NCBI GenBank assembly: GCA_951406725.2
Contig: OX597817.1
Span: 68,076,001-68,140,000 of the forward strand
Direction of reading: 5' to 3'
Length of the DNA stretch: 64,000 nt
From: Octopus vulgaris
Lineage: Eukaryota
Shown: positions 26,946 through 39,259 of the stretch, piece after piece
How the letters are laid out: the number at the start of each line of letters is the position of its first letter
How positions within the stretch are numbered: the first letter of the stretch is position 1
Program-made: the position numbers and the translations under genes
Notes under the pieces: generated by a model
What the model saw: the letters and a program-made list of their open reading frames with translations, nothing else
Databases searched by the model: none
Told to the model about the DNA's origin: nothing

Positions 26946-27898
26946 AGCGTTCCTGTCTTCCTAGTCCCAGAGAGCCTGTGAGGGAGGCCACGGATATAAC
27001 AGCCTCCGCTTCCAGACTGAAACAAAAGCAAGAACAAAAAACGAACAAGTAAAAAATGTACATAAACTGCTGGAAATTTTTGTGCATTCCGCGTGGAGCA
27101 GTAACATGGTGAAAAGTCGTCCATTTTGCATAAAATGGATGTTAGTGTTTTGGTTTGTAAAATAAGGTGTTTTCATGTGAGGTTTTGGTAAATTATTTTG
27201 TATTAGGGTACTTGTGTGGGAAATAAAAACTAAAACTAAAAAAGAAAACAAGATCAGAAGTATATTCAAGAGAATTTAAAGACAGTTTCGTGCAGAATCT
27301 CCATTTTCAGACTTAGCCAACGTATAATGTTTGGCCGTGATTTTCTTTGAAAATTATTGCTTCAAAATTTCATCGTTCAACTTATATTCCAATCATGACA
27401 GTCCTATTTTCTTTCTCGATGTGTTCAAGATTATATTCAGAATATTTATCCTATTTATTCCATTCTTGGAATTGTCCAAATTGAGAAAAGACTATATTAA
27501 AACTGAAACAAGAATTTACTAGACTAAAGCTTACGATATGTTTGTTAATTGCAAAATCTTATAAACCTTAACGCATAACTTATATATTAACTTGAAGTTT
27601 GCTGTAAATGTGATTTTCTTCTCCTGTAAAAAACGCTTTTTGCTACAATATACGCTTGAATTTATTCAGTAAAACTTAATTTTTTCCCGAAAACGTTTTT
27701 CTATGAAGTTTTTAGAAAAATATAAAGCCACTCTATTTTTTTATGAGTAAACTTATCTTGTGAAAACAGGCTATTTTTAAAGTAAAACTGTTGAAAGAAA
27801 ACATTCGCTACATGAAAACATAATTTTGTATACAGGTATATAATAAAATTATTTACCTTCAATGTTAGGAAATAAAATGTTTTATTCTTATATATGTA

Positions 27899-28037
<139 letters not shown>

Positions 28038-28160
28038 TATGCATGTATGAATGAATGTACATATATATGTGTGGGTGTATATGTGTGTATATGTGTATGT
28101 ACGTCTGTATGCATATAATCTCATATACACACATGCATATATGGTATGTATGTATGTAAG

Positions 28161-28210
<50 letters not shown>

Positions 28211-28265
28211 TGTATATACATATGTGTATATACATATGTGTATATATAGATATGCATATATACAT

Positions 28266-28426
28266 AGGCGCAGGAATGGCAGTGTGGTAAGTAGCTTGCT
28301 TACCAGCCACATGGTTCCGGGTTCAGTCCCACTGCATGGCACCTTGGGCAACTGCCTTCTACTGTAGCCTCGGGCTAACCAAAGACTCGTAAGTGGATTT
28401 GGTAGACAGAAACTAAAAGAAACCCG

Positions 28427-28516
<90 letters not shown>

Positions 28517-29144
28517 CTTCACTTCACTTCACTTCATTTTGACCGACCAGTCCGTCAGGCGTCCATTTGACACCGCTGGTCACAGCACGCTGTCCATTCC
28601 TCTCTGGATCGCGCCTTTCTCATCCACGTAATCCCAATCGTCCTCCTGAAATCGTAACTCCACCGTCGTGGAGGTCTTCCGTGTGGTCTTTTCCGCTCAC
28701 GCGGGTACCACTCGACAACTGCGTGCGTCCACCGATTATCGGTGAGCCGGGAGACGTGTCCAGCCCATCTATACTTGCTGCGTGTATACTCTGCGATGAC
28801 GCAGTAGGTCTCAAGATGAACCGCATGAAAACAAAGTTCATGCGGTCAGACAATGTACCAACAGGTCGAAGGTGATCGGCAGTGATGAAATAGAGGAGGT
28901 GAGGGAATATGTCTTCCTGGGACAGGAAGTAAAAATATATATATAAATGTGTATGTATATGTTTGTCTCCCCAACATCGCTTGACAACCGATGCTAGTAC
29001 ATTTATGTCCCCGTAACTTAGAGGTTCGGCAAAAGAGACCGATAGAATAAGTACTAGGTTTACAAAGAATAAGCCTTATTGTCGATTTGCTCGACTAAAG
29101 GCGGTGCTCGAGCATGACAGCAGTCAAATGACTAAAACAAGTAA
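28266..29144 (+). mobile_element. SINE family A split by an RTE insertion into its internal (TA)n
   Basis: 5' half at 28266-28428 and 3' half at ~28945-29144 are collinear with intact copies. Confidence 0.88.
28517..28931 (-). mobile_element. 5'-truncated, 5'-inverted RTE-clade LINE with a (GAAGT)n tail
   Basis: Minus strand 28800-28555 reads VIAEYTRSKYRWAGHVSRLTDNRWTHAVVEWYPRERKRPHGRPPRRW...WMRKARSREEW...*. Plus strand 28801-28931 reads AVGLKMNRMKTKFM...IEEVREYVFLGQEV. Confidence 0.9.
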
Positions 29145-29224
29145 CAATAATAATAATAATGATACTAATAATAATAATGATAATAATAGAAGTAGTAGTA
29201 GTAGTAGTAGTAATAATAATAATG

Positions 29225-29281
<57 letters not shown>

Positions 29282-29636
29282 GCAACAACAATATAGTAAT
29301 CCATCGCTACGCGGGTTTCCACAAGTTACGTGTTCCTTAAGATCATAGTCCGTATTCCTGGGATGACTGCAGTACAGTAATACGCATATTCAAAACGTTT
29401 CCCGTAAGCGAACTTAAAGTATATACATACATACATGTGTGTGTGTGCGTGTGCGCGCGCGCGCACGCGTGTTTGTGTTTGTGTGTGTGTGTGTGGTGTG
29501 TACACTTTATATATATATATAAAGTGTACATATAAATCGATTACAGCTAATCCTATCAATTGTTTTCGCACTGAATATTAAAACCGCATATTGAATTTTG
29601 CTCATATACATATACATACATACATACATACATACA

Positions 29637-29687
<51 letters not shown>

Positions 29688-31394
29688 CTAATACTGCAGG
29701 ATTACTCCTCTCTTGCAACAATTTCTTCAAATTCTGATATAAACTTTCCCTGTAATATTTTTTCCGTCTGTATTGTAGATGGAGATAGATATGAAGGTAA
29801 ATTAATCGACATTTTATTATAAATAACAACTATTTCTTCACCACATTCGCAAAGAATGTGGCACAAGTAAATTCTATGATAAATAAGTCTATTAATTGGT
29901 CTCATTTGTAGCACTAACGTCTTTCCCCAGAGAGCTAGTCTCCCATGACGAGATAGAGACAAATCAATATTTAAATATATATACAGTGATGTTCTATTTA
30001 ACGACACAAAGAAACACCAGAAACTGATTTTGATCTTATAACCCAGAGCTCTTAATTTAATGGCTTGTCATTTCTGTTGTGTTGCCTCTTATAAAATATT
30101 TAGATGTTTATTTATGTAAAGTACAAAGGGGGGCTGAGCTAAATCTCAAATAATATTTAGTTCCATTTCTCTACTTTCAGATTAGAAATTAAATCTTGCA
30201 GAGGTAGGCTTAGTCGAGCATTTTGTCTTACACTATAACGATTTTGGATAGCGTAGGACAAAATATTTATAATTATAGATATTTCATTTATAGACGCTCA
30301 TTTCAATTATAGAGCCTTACTTTCTGAAAGCAAATCCAGCTGGGACCAACTTTACCGTGCACTCTCCCAGAGTCTAAAAAATAAAGTATCATTTAATATT
30401 CTTATGAAGCATCTTCAATGCGAATAGAATTCTAATTGCAAATTAAAATTTTACCTTTCTCTATTCCCGAGGTGATAATATCGATAAAATAAATACCAGC
30501 AATTTTTGGAAGATTCTATTCACAAAGCCCACCATTACTATAGATTTGTAGCCTTGTATCGATTTCAGAGAAATAAGATTGATATTTCATTCATGTAATT
30601 ACTTCAAGCGGCTGGCTTATGTTTCCATTAGCGGATAGTTTATGTTTCCATTGTATGGTTAACGGTAAACGGCCATTAGTTTGCAGACCCTGCTGTTTTG
30701 GTCATCTTTAATACCCCTGAAACATATTTTATCTCTCAGCATGTAGCTTTAAAGGTGAATGAGGACATAAATTGAAGCAATATTAAATTTAGTGAGATTG
30801 CTACGGATTGCGGCCAGTGGTGTTAGTGCAATGGTCACTGTTAAAAGTTAATGTCTTACGTTTCATTCCTTGTTCTAGTAATGCCCCCGATCCTCAGTGA
30901 TTCCTTGATAAGTGCTATGTTCTTGTCATTAGATTCTCGTGGGAAAATACGTAAGTGGTTTTTTTGTTGCTTCCCTTACGATGATTTTAGGCGAAACCAT
31001 GTCAGTTATATATAAACAAATTCGTCACATTTGTATTGGCATTTAGAACGGTAAAGAGCCCCAACAAATACAGTAAGGCAATCTTTTAAGCAGTGACTCA
31101 CAATCCCATCAACCCAGTACCTTGCACTGGTACTTTGTTTTATCGACAGACAGTAGATTAATGGCAGTGTTGGAGGCGCGACAAAATGCCTTGTGGTATC
31201 TGTTCTAGTTCTTTGCGTTCTGATAGCAACATCTGCGATGATACTGGTACCAAACAGTATCGGACAAAATCGGTGGTTTTTCTCTTGGATAAACATCGAT
31301 GGCGTAGTGAAGGAAGCAACATCCAGTCTTCCCGCCCGTCAAATCTATCCCAGATGTGATATGTACATGGGTAGATGCATGGTCGAAATTGACC

Positions 31395-31528
31395 AACGAA
31401 GATCCTATCGGAAGGATGAAAACCGAAGTTGACTTCAACGAGATTTGAACTCAGAACATAAAGAACCGGAACAAATATCATAAAGCAATTTGTATACCGC
31501 ACTAACATTCTTGCGATTCGCCGCCTTC
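31395..31528 (-). mobile_element. SINE family C
   Basis: gaaggatgaaa...gttgacttcaacgagatttgaactcagaac...cgccgcc. Confidence 0.7.
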
Positions 31529-32357
31529 ATTGTGGACTACCTCTTAAAGAAACAGAAGAATTATGCCGAAGGAGAAGAAAGCTTTAGTTAGCCTCTTCAT
31601 TACCCCAACTATATTTAGTACACCAAATGATCTCTATTTTCATCAGAGACTACAATGTATTTGAGTTAGTTATTTGATCAAATTAAATAGCCACAATACA
31701 TGACACAATTTTATCACGACGCTTTTCAACACTCAAATTTTCATTAGTCATATGAAATGAGGCCGTGAATATGTCTAGCTTGCATGCTAATTATCACGAG
31801 AACATCAGACATTCATTATGTGATTTTCAGAAAACCCAGTTTAATTATCTCTTAACAAATGAAATAGATAGAAAATTTGTTCTTACTGTTTCCATTTTCC
31901 AAATTTCGCTTCGTCAGAAAATTTTGTACGCATACATATACATATCTATCTATCTATATATTATATGTAATGGTTTTCATTATTACATACACACACTCAC
32001 GTAGATGAAAGTATAATACAATACATGGTACATCATTATACTTTTATCAAAGTATTCCATTTCCCTTGCTGCAATTAACGAACTTCTTTAAACCACTGTT
32101 TAGAGAATAAATGATTTAAAGACGTACGACGCTCAAATCAATTATTCGTTCAACAATTCTATCGCTTTGCGTCAACCAATGCACAATCTTATACATTTAC
32201 ATACTGATTGTTTCAAAACTGATTTGGCAAAAGTGTGAAAGGTGACGTTTAACTGATGGAATCATAATTCGCTCAAAAACATGCCCGGAATTGTTTCCCC
32301 TTAAATTAAAATAATATTGATTTTTTCTTTACAACATGATTAGTTCTAGTTAACTTT

Positions 32358-32416
<59 letters not shown>

Positions 32417-32765
32417 GCATTGGATGTACTAATATAATCGTAAATGCTCTTTATATGATATTTTGTTACATATGTATCTGGTAATATTTTATTTCATAAA
32501 AGGAACCAAAATATATTTTATAACTAAGATCTCTAAATAATATAGCGTGATATATAAGCTGCATCAGAGTCAATGGTCCTTTCGGAAAACATTTCTATTT
32601 TTATGGCATCAGTGATAAAACACTTTCCACAGATGTCATGAGAGTTGTGGCATTACTGATCAAAGATTTCTTTGGAAAATCATTTACTTCGCTATGGGGT
32701 GGTTTGTATAACATATAACTTAACGCTGTTCGTCTCTCTCTCCCCCTCCCCCTCTCTCTCTCTCT

Positions 32766-32809
<44 letters not shown>

Positions 32810-32836
32810 TTATACATACATACATACATACATACA

Positions 32837-32889
<53 letters not shown>

Positions 32890-32905
32890 GAAGGTTTTTA
32901 AAAAG

Positions 32906-33172
32906 GTTATTAACTGTTGTAAAAAATTTCTTTTATTTAACAGAATACAAATAACTTACGTCTTCTGGGCTGATGCAATGTGAAAACTTGAAAAATGAAT
33001 GCGCTTACGCGCAAAATACCCTCCGGGCCTAACATATTGTATACAAACATCACCCACAAAAGTTAGTGGTAGTCTGTTAAATAAAAGAAATTTTTAAAAA
33101 ATTGTTAATAACTTAAACAAAAAAACAACTTCTTCTAATTATAGTAACTATCAAGTAATGTTTACAAAAGCT
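32906..33172 (+). mobile_element. Small element with ~43-bp inverted arms plus a one-sided tail, embedded in microsatellite
   Basis: 32906-32948 is the imperfect reverse complement of 33069-33112. An unpaired ~60-bp extension runs into (TACA)n. Confidence 0.6.
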
Positions 33173-33230
33173 TATATATACATATACATATACATACATA
33201 CATACATACATACATACATACATACATACA

Positions 33231-33264
<34 letters not shown>

Positions 33265-33281
33265 CATATATACATACATAC

Positions 33282-33339
<58 letters not shown>

Positions 33340-33869
33340 GTGTGTATTTTTCCCTTGTTAAGAATTAAAACGGAAAAATAGATAAATAGTTACCAGGGTA
33401 GCAAAATATCAATCAAGTAAAGAGGTTGTAACTCCTTGTTTTTAAAGGTAGAAACTTCGGATTTACTTGAAATTTTTTGTATAATATATAAATAAATAAA
33501 TGGAGTTTAACGCAGGTGTAATTTAAATACTTTTACTTCCGACACATGTTTCGAAGATATCACTGATATTATTCCAAAGGAATAAAATGGTGTAAAACAA
33601 TGTAATCTTCTCTTCAGAAAATGATGGATATGTATAGTGATTTACTGAACGTTATTAATATTGATTGAAAAAACATTATATGTTATAACGTCAGAAGTAG
33701 CATATAGAAGGAGGAAGGATAAATTAAGGAAAAGTTAACTAAATGAGAAGTATATGACTATATGTATATTAAATAAAACCTTATAAACTAGGAAAATATA
33801 TTTTTTTAGTGAATGTTAAATATAAAAAGAAAATTAATGTTTAAATAATATATAATGATAGAGATTACT

Positions 33870-34953
33870 TATATGAACTAAAGGTGTGTTTTTGCCAATG
33901 TTTACAACGGTATGCACGCTCTATAACTGTGTTTACTAGGGACTTTTAGAAAAAATAATGAAAAATAGTTCAGAATTACAGAGAAGACAGAATTTCTTGC
34001 CTTTGTCATAAGGTATCGAGATTGAAAGAATCAACTATTCTAAATTAAATTGTTCATTGAGGTCTTTTAGATCCCAAATTAAATTACTGAACCCTGCACT
34101 GTTACTTTTATTCCTATCCCTAAATGTTGAGTAATGGACAGAAATTCTTTTAGATAACTGTAACGGCGTGCTTCCAATGTAAAATTGTACTTTATTATGA
34201 GTAATAATTTTACACTGGTATATAGAGTTTTTAATTTTAGAGTTACTTGACATAAACTTAATTCTATTTGAATTGACTTCAGATACAATAACTTTGTTAT
34301 TAATATTTCTAGAGGGATGGCTGATATTAGCTAAATTAATGTTAGTATTAGTAAATGTATTAATATTTAACTGGTTGTTATTATGTGAAGAGATAATTTG
34401 AAAGAGATTTTTTTGTGTTGGAAAAACCAATCCTAACCGTATGTGAGTTGATAATAGAGTAATACCCAGAATTCTTTGGAAAATTCCTAATAATAGCTTC
34501 ACGAAGCTGCAATGGGAGATTAGATTTAATTTGCTTCCCGTATGGATGTTTTATTACTATTTATCTTATTTTTAGTGTAATTATTTTTGAAAGCCTTAAA
34601 TTTATCTTTAGAATGATAATAGGGGATTAAATAAGGGTTATCTCCCTTCCTCTGTTTTGTATCGGTGCATAAGTTAAATTTGTTATCGTTAATTCTTTTA
34701 CAACTAGATTTCATATCTACATTATTGAAGTTATAATAAGATTGAATAGAATCAATGTAGATAATTTTCTCTGTATAACCTGCTTTAAGAAAGGCAGAGT
34801 TATAAAATTCAGCGTTATCATTGAAAATGTCAACATTAGCAGATAACTTAGATAATCTAAATGAAATATTCTTAACTAAATTCCTAGTAATTGCCCTAGA
34901 ATGATTACTAAATTTGCTAATGTACTTAAGATTGGTCAATGGTTTATGATATA
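33870..34953 (-). pseudogene. PLE RT thumb, linker and GIY-YIG endonuclease with stops and frameshifts
   Basis: YHKPLTNLKYISKFSNH...RLSKLS...FYNSAFLKAGY; QIISSHN; NSIYQCKI...FYIGST...KRISVH; then PYDKGKKFCLLCNSE...CKH (CxLCxxE motif). Confidence 0.85.
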
Positions 34954-35321
34954 CTAGCAGTATCGCCCGGCGTTGCTCAGGTTTGTAAGGGAAATAACTA
35001 TAAAGCATTTTTAGAGAGTTATAGCCAAAAAATAGCAAAAAAATGGAAAAAAAAATAATGGTAAATTTTTTTGAGAGTTAAAAAAGGTGGAGTTGCGTCC
35101 CCTAGACGGTCTGTGGTTTGGGTTTCTGATTCTCGACCCCATGTCGAATTTATCGATTTTTTTCAGAACTGGGGGAACTTTTCAAAATTTTCGCTGCGTT
35201 AGTTTTGAATTATGACATTGGGCTATGTGTGTGTCAAGTTTCATCAGAATCGGTTGAAAGCCGTGGTCAGGGTGAGGGTACGAGAAAACAGACACACAGA
35301 AAACGCACAGACAAACTGCCG

Positions 35322-35330
<9 letters not shown>
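34954..35330 (-). mobile_element. Non-autonomous Helitron inserted in the PLE
   Basis: Reverse-complement copy of 59409-59793 with 3' CTAG at 34954-34957 and a GC-rich subterminal hairpin. The 5' end merges with (TA)n. Confidence 0.85.
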
Positions 35331-35368
<38 letters not shown>

Positions 35369-35467
35369 TATAACGTTTTTTCAAACAATATTAATAGCGT
35401 TCAGTAAATCACTATACATATCCATCATTTTCTGTTAAAATGTCTTATTGATGAGTTTCATTTCTTC

Positions 35468-35556
35468 ACTTCCCTGAAGAGAAGATTACATTGTTTTACA
35501 CCATTTTATTCCTTTGGAATAATATCAGTGATATCTTCGAAACATGTGTCGGAAGT
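35468..35556 (+). ncRNA. Intact type I hammerhead ribozyme in the PLE pLTR
   Basis: ACTTCC-CTGAAGA-GAAGAT-(46 nt)-ATCTTC-GAAA-CA-TG-TG-TC-GGAAGT. Perfect 6-bp helices I and II, GUC triplet, predicted cleavage after 35550. Confidence 0.9.
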
Positions 35557-36076
35557 AAAAGTATTTAAATTACACCTGCGTTAAACTGCGTTCACGTATT
35601 TAGTTGAAGAGAAAGTGAGGAGAAAGAAAAAGCAGAGAGAAAAAAGAGTTAGAGCGAAGACTGACACCAAAAGAGGTAGAAATAAGAAGAGGGAGAGAGA
35701 AGCGCCTATGACGTGAGGTAGGAGAGCATAATATTTATTACGTGGTTAAAAAAAAAGGTTGAGGAAATATAAGTTTAGCTGAAGTGTGATGTTCTGATGG
35801 TGAGGTTAGATAAAGGCACAGAGAGAGGAGAGAGAGGAGGAAGAGAGAGGGAGGAGGGAGAGAGGGGAGAGAAACATGATAATGGTGGTGGGGTGGGGGG
35901 GACTGAGGTGGTGGTGTTGGTGGTCACTGGATAGTGAAAAGTGTATTTTTTAAAAATTGAACTAAGTTTGTTTTTTTACATCACATATAATTTAACGCAT
36001 GTGCATAATTGAAGTTCCGTGAAATATTCACGCGAATTTACGTGACAGGTATATGCAATTGGACTAAAGGTTGATC

Positions 36077-36440
36077 CAGTTCTATACTTAAGAGATGAGA
36101 AATTACATGCATTATTTACGTTATTTACATTCGAGGGGTATTTGTCCTCATCTTGTTTGTTGTTAACACAACGTTTCGGCTGATATTCCCTCCAGCCTTC
36201 TTAAGGTGTCTTGAGGAATTTCGAACCTGCGTTCTCATTCCTAAGGTATTTTTAGATGTTATCATCATCATCATCATCGTTATTATTATTGTTTAGGTCA
36301 CTGCTTGGAATCGAACTCGGAATCTTGGGGTTAGTAGCCCGCGCTCTTAACCATGACGCCCACGGGCATATGGTGTAGTGGTTAAGAGCACTGGCTACTA
36401 ACCCTAAAATTCTGAGTTCTCTTCCAAGCAGTGATCTGAA

Positions 36441-36501
<61 letters not shown>

Positions 36502-36520
36502 GCTTCTGCTGGTGCTGCTG

Positions 36521-36577
<57 letters not shown>

Positions 36578-36744
36578 ATAATAATAATAATAACATCGAA
36601 AAATAACATAGGAATGAGAACGCAGTTTCGAAATTCCCCCAAGACACCTGAAGAAGGCTGGATGGTATATCAGCCGAAACGTGTTAACAACAAACAAGAT
36701 GAGGACAAATATCCGTCGAATGTAAATAATGTAAATAATGTAAA
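36077..36744. mobile_element. tRNA-headed hammerhead retroelement, locus 2: head-to-head inverted dimer with a perfect 12-bp TSD
   Basis: Minus copy 36077-36360 and plus copy 36361-36744. TSD TAAAGGTTGATC at 36065-36076 and 36745-36756. HHR motifs at 36165-36210 (-) and 36643-36685 (+). Confidence 0.9.
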
Positions 36745-37008
36745 TAAAGGTTGATCATATGTCCGGATTATTTGTTTTTGGTTATAGGCACTTATGCAGC
36801 TGAGGATTGCTCTGCATTTAAATTGATGTAATGGTTGCATTGTTCAATTTAATTGGAGTCACTTGAGACGATCGTACTGCACTACCTCTCGATATCCTGT
36901 TGCTTATTTTGATTTTAATCACCTTACTTTGAAACTGTATGGAAAATATCGTACTAAATTCTGGTGCCTCAACTTATGTACTTTATTCATCCGAATCTCT
37001 CTCTCTCT

Positions 37009-37064
<56 letters not shown>

Positions 37065-37281
37065 CCAAAAACAAATAATAACGGCGGTGCATCAGCATGG
37101 CCGCAGCTCTGAGCTGAGACTAGAAAAAAAAATATATATATACACACATATAATCTATCTATCTATCTGTCTATGAATAAATAAATAAATATATATATAT
37201 ACATTATTAATAGTTATCGAATATAAAGATTCCAACCCAACAGAGAAAAAATTTCAATTTAGCACACTAAATCAAAAATTC

Positions 37282-37348
<67 letters not shown>

Positions 37349-37429
37349 TATAGATAATATCTTTTCACCATTGATTGAATAACTAAATAGCGGTTTGTCT
37401 TTAAATTATATATATATATATATTTATAT

Positions 37430-37788
37430 ACTCTTTACTCCTTTACTTGTTTCAGTCATTTGACTGCGGCCATGCTGTAGCACCGCCTTTAGTCGAACAA
37501 GACCCCAGGACTTATTCTTTGTAAGCCTAATACTTATTCTACCGATCTCTGTTGCAGAACCGCTAAGTTACGGGGACGTAAACACACCAGCATCGGTTGT
37601 CAAGTGATGTTGGGGGGACAAACACAGACACACAAACATATACATATATACGACGGGCTTCTTTCAGTTTCCATCTACGAAAAAGACTATAGTAGAAGAC
37701 ACTTGCCGAAGGTGCCACGCAGTGGGACTGAACCCGGAACTATGTAATTGGTAAGCAAGCAACTTACCACACAGCCACAACCGCGCCT
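37430..37788 (-). mobile_element. SINE family A with an internal deletion
   Basis: Collinear with 19103-19493. Confidence 0.88.
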
Positions 37789-37807
37789 ATATATATACAT
37801 ATATATG

Positions 37808-37918
<111 letters not shown>

Positions 37919-38140
37919 TAAGTAATTGATACGGAAGACAGTGTATACTGGAAACTTTATTTCTTTATTTATCACAACGATCGCTTTTATCAAAATGTGA
38001 GTTTTAGATAGGTTTTATAATTGAAGATTCAGGTATATGCCTCAATTATAAAATACTTTTTTTTATTTACTGCTATGAATCACGAAATATATTTATATTC
38101 TCAATGTGGCATACACCTTGATTTTTGTTTGCTGCTTTGT

Positions 38141-38184
<44 letters not shown>

Positions 38185-38552
38185 ATCATTAAAATTTAGC
38201 ATACATTGTTAGATAATATATTGAAATATTTTTCAAAATCTTCCTCCTTTCTGTCTGCCTCTTTCTCTATACCACACACTCACATTGTTCATAACACTTG
38301 CCAAGTCATTCATTTCGAAACTTGAGAAATTTCATTTCTTGTTTCGTACGGCTATACACAAATGTGTATAACACAATTTACATAATACGCTGTTTGTTTC
38401 CATATTAGAAATTTTCAATTCAACATATACTTTTTTTTGCCTTCCTCAACACACTGTCACATTCATTTTCTTTCCTAGCAACTCACTCTCTTTTTCTCTC
38501 CCTCCTGCCTGTATTAGACTGTGTGTTTGTATAGGTTTTTGTTCCAATATAT

Positions 38553-38599
<47 letters not shown>

Positions 38600-38954
38600 T
38601 ATACATACACACGCCAGTAAGTCTTTCAATATGATTTTTACCAGTACATACTAAGTGTGCATTCCACTGTCATGGAATGTTACGGAATCTTCTAACATGT
38701 CTATATATGATGAAACATTTAAAAGGCTGAGTCAACATAGCACATGGTTTCTTCATAAATTTTAACACTGTTTTGAGTGATTGTTATCATTTTAAATTTA
38801 TTTATTGAACGAGTGAGTGCGTCTAGACGAATAAAGAATACAAAGGGAAATTAGACGTAACAGATAAAAAAAATTACACTAATTGGAAATCAAAGTATTA
38901 ACCAGTGACTAACAGAAAACTTTCCTTCTAGAATTTGTTAACTTTTATCTTTTT

Positions 38955-39250
38955 TGTTTTACTTGTTTCATTCATTAAACTGCGGCCATGCTGGGGTACC
39001 ATCTCGAAGAATTTTTAGTCGAATGAATTAACCCCTGCGCTTATTTTTTAAAAGCCTGGTATTTATTCTATCGGTCTCTTTTGCGAAATTGCTAAGATAC
39101 AGGGACGTAAAGCGGTGGTGGTGGGGCAAACACTTATTCAAAGGCACACACTTACGCGCGCACACACAAGCACACACATACACATATACACACATATACA
39201 CACAAACGCACACATAATATACACAACATAATATCCACTCTCAAGGCTTT
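38955..39250 (-). mobile_element. SINE family A, 3' part
   Basis: Tail and core match; the sequence breaks after tccactctcaaggcttt. Confidence 0.75.
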
Positions 39251-39259
39251 GTACACTCG

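Larger units (their letters stand above)
33335..35587 (-). mobile_element. Penelope-like element (Hydra-clade-like), 5'-truncated, with an inverted pLTR
   Basis: pLTR 33504-33681 is repeated inverted at 35367-35587. The 3' arm has an additional tail towards (TA)n. Coding remnants lie between, interrupted by a Helitron. Confidence 0.88.

Noticed and set aside
30853-30900. Minus-strand CTGAGGA...GAAACGTA as a hammerhead
   Set aside because: Helices I and II do not pair.
34954-35038. N-terminus of ORF 34526..35038
   Set aside because: These codons come from the inserted Helitron; only the part from YHKP onward is PLE.
36361-36435. Possible tRNA gene
   Set aside because: It has A/B-like boxes and an anticodon-like arm but no acceptor stem, and it recurs as the head of a repeat.
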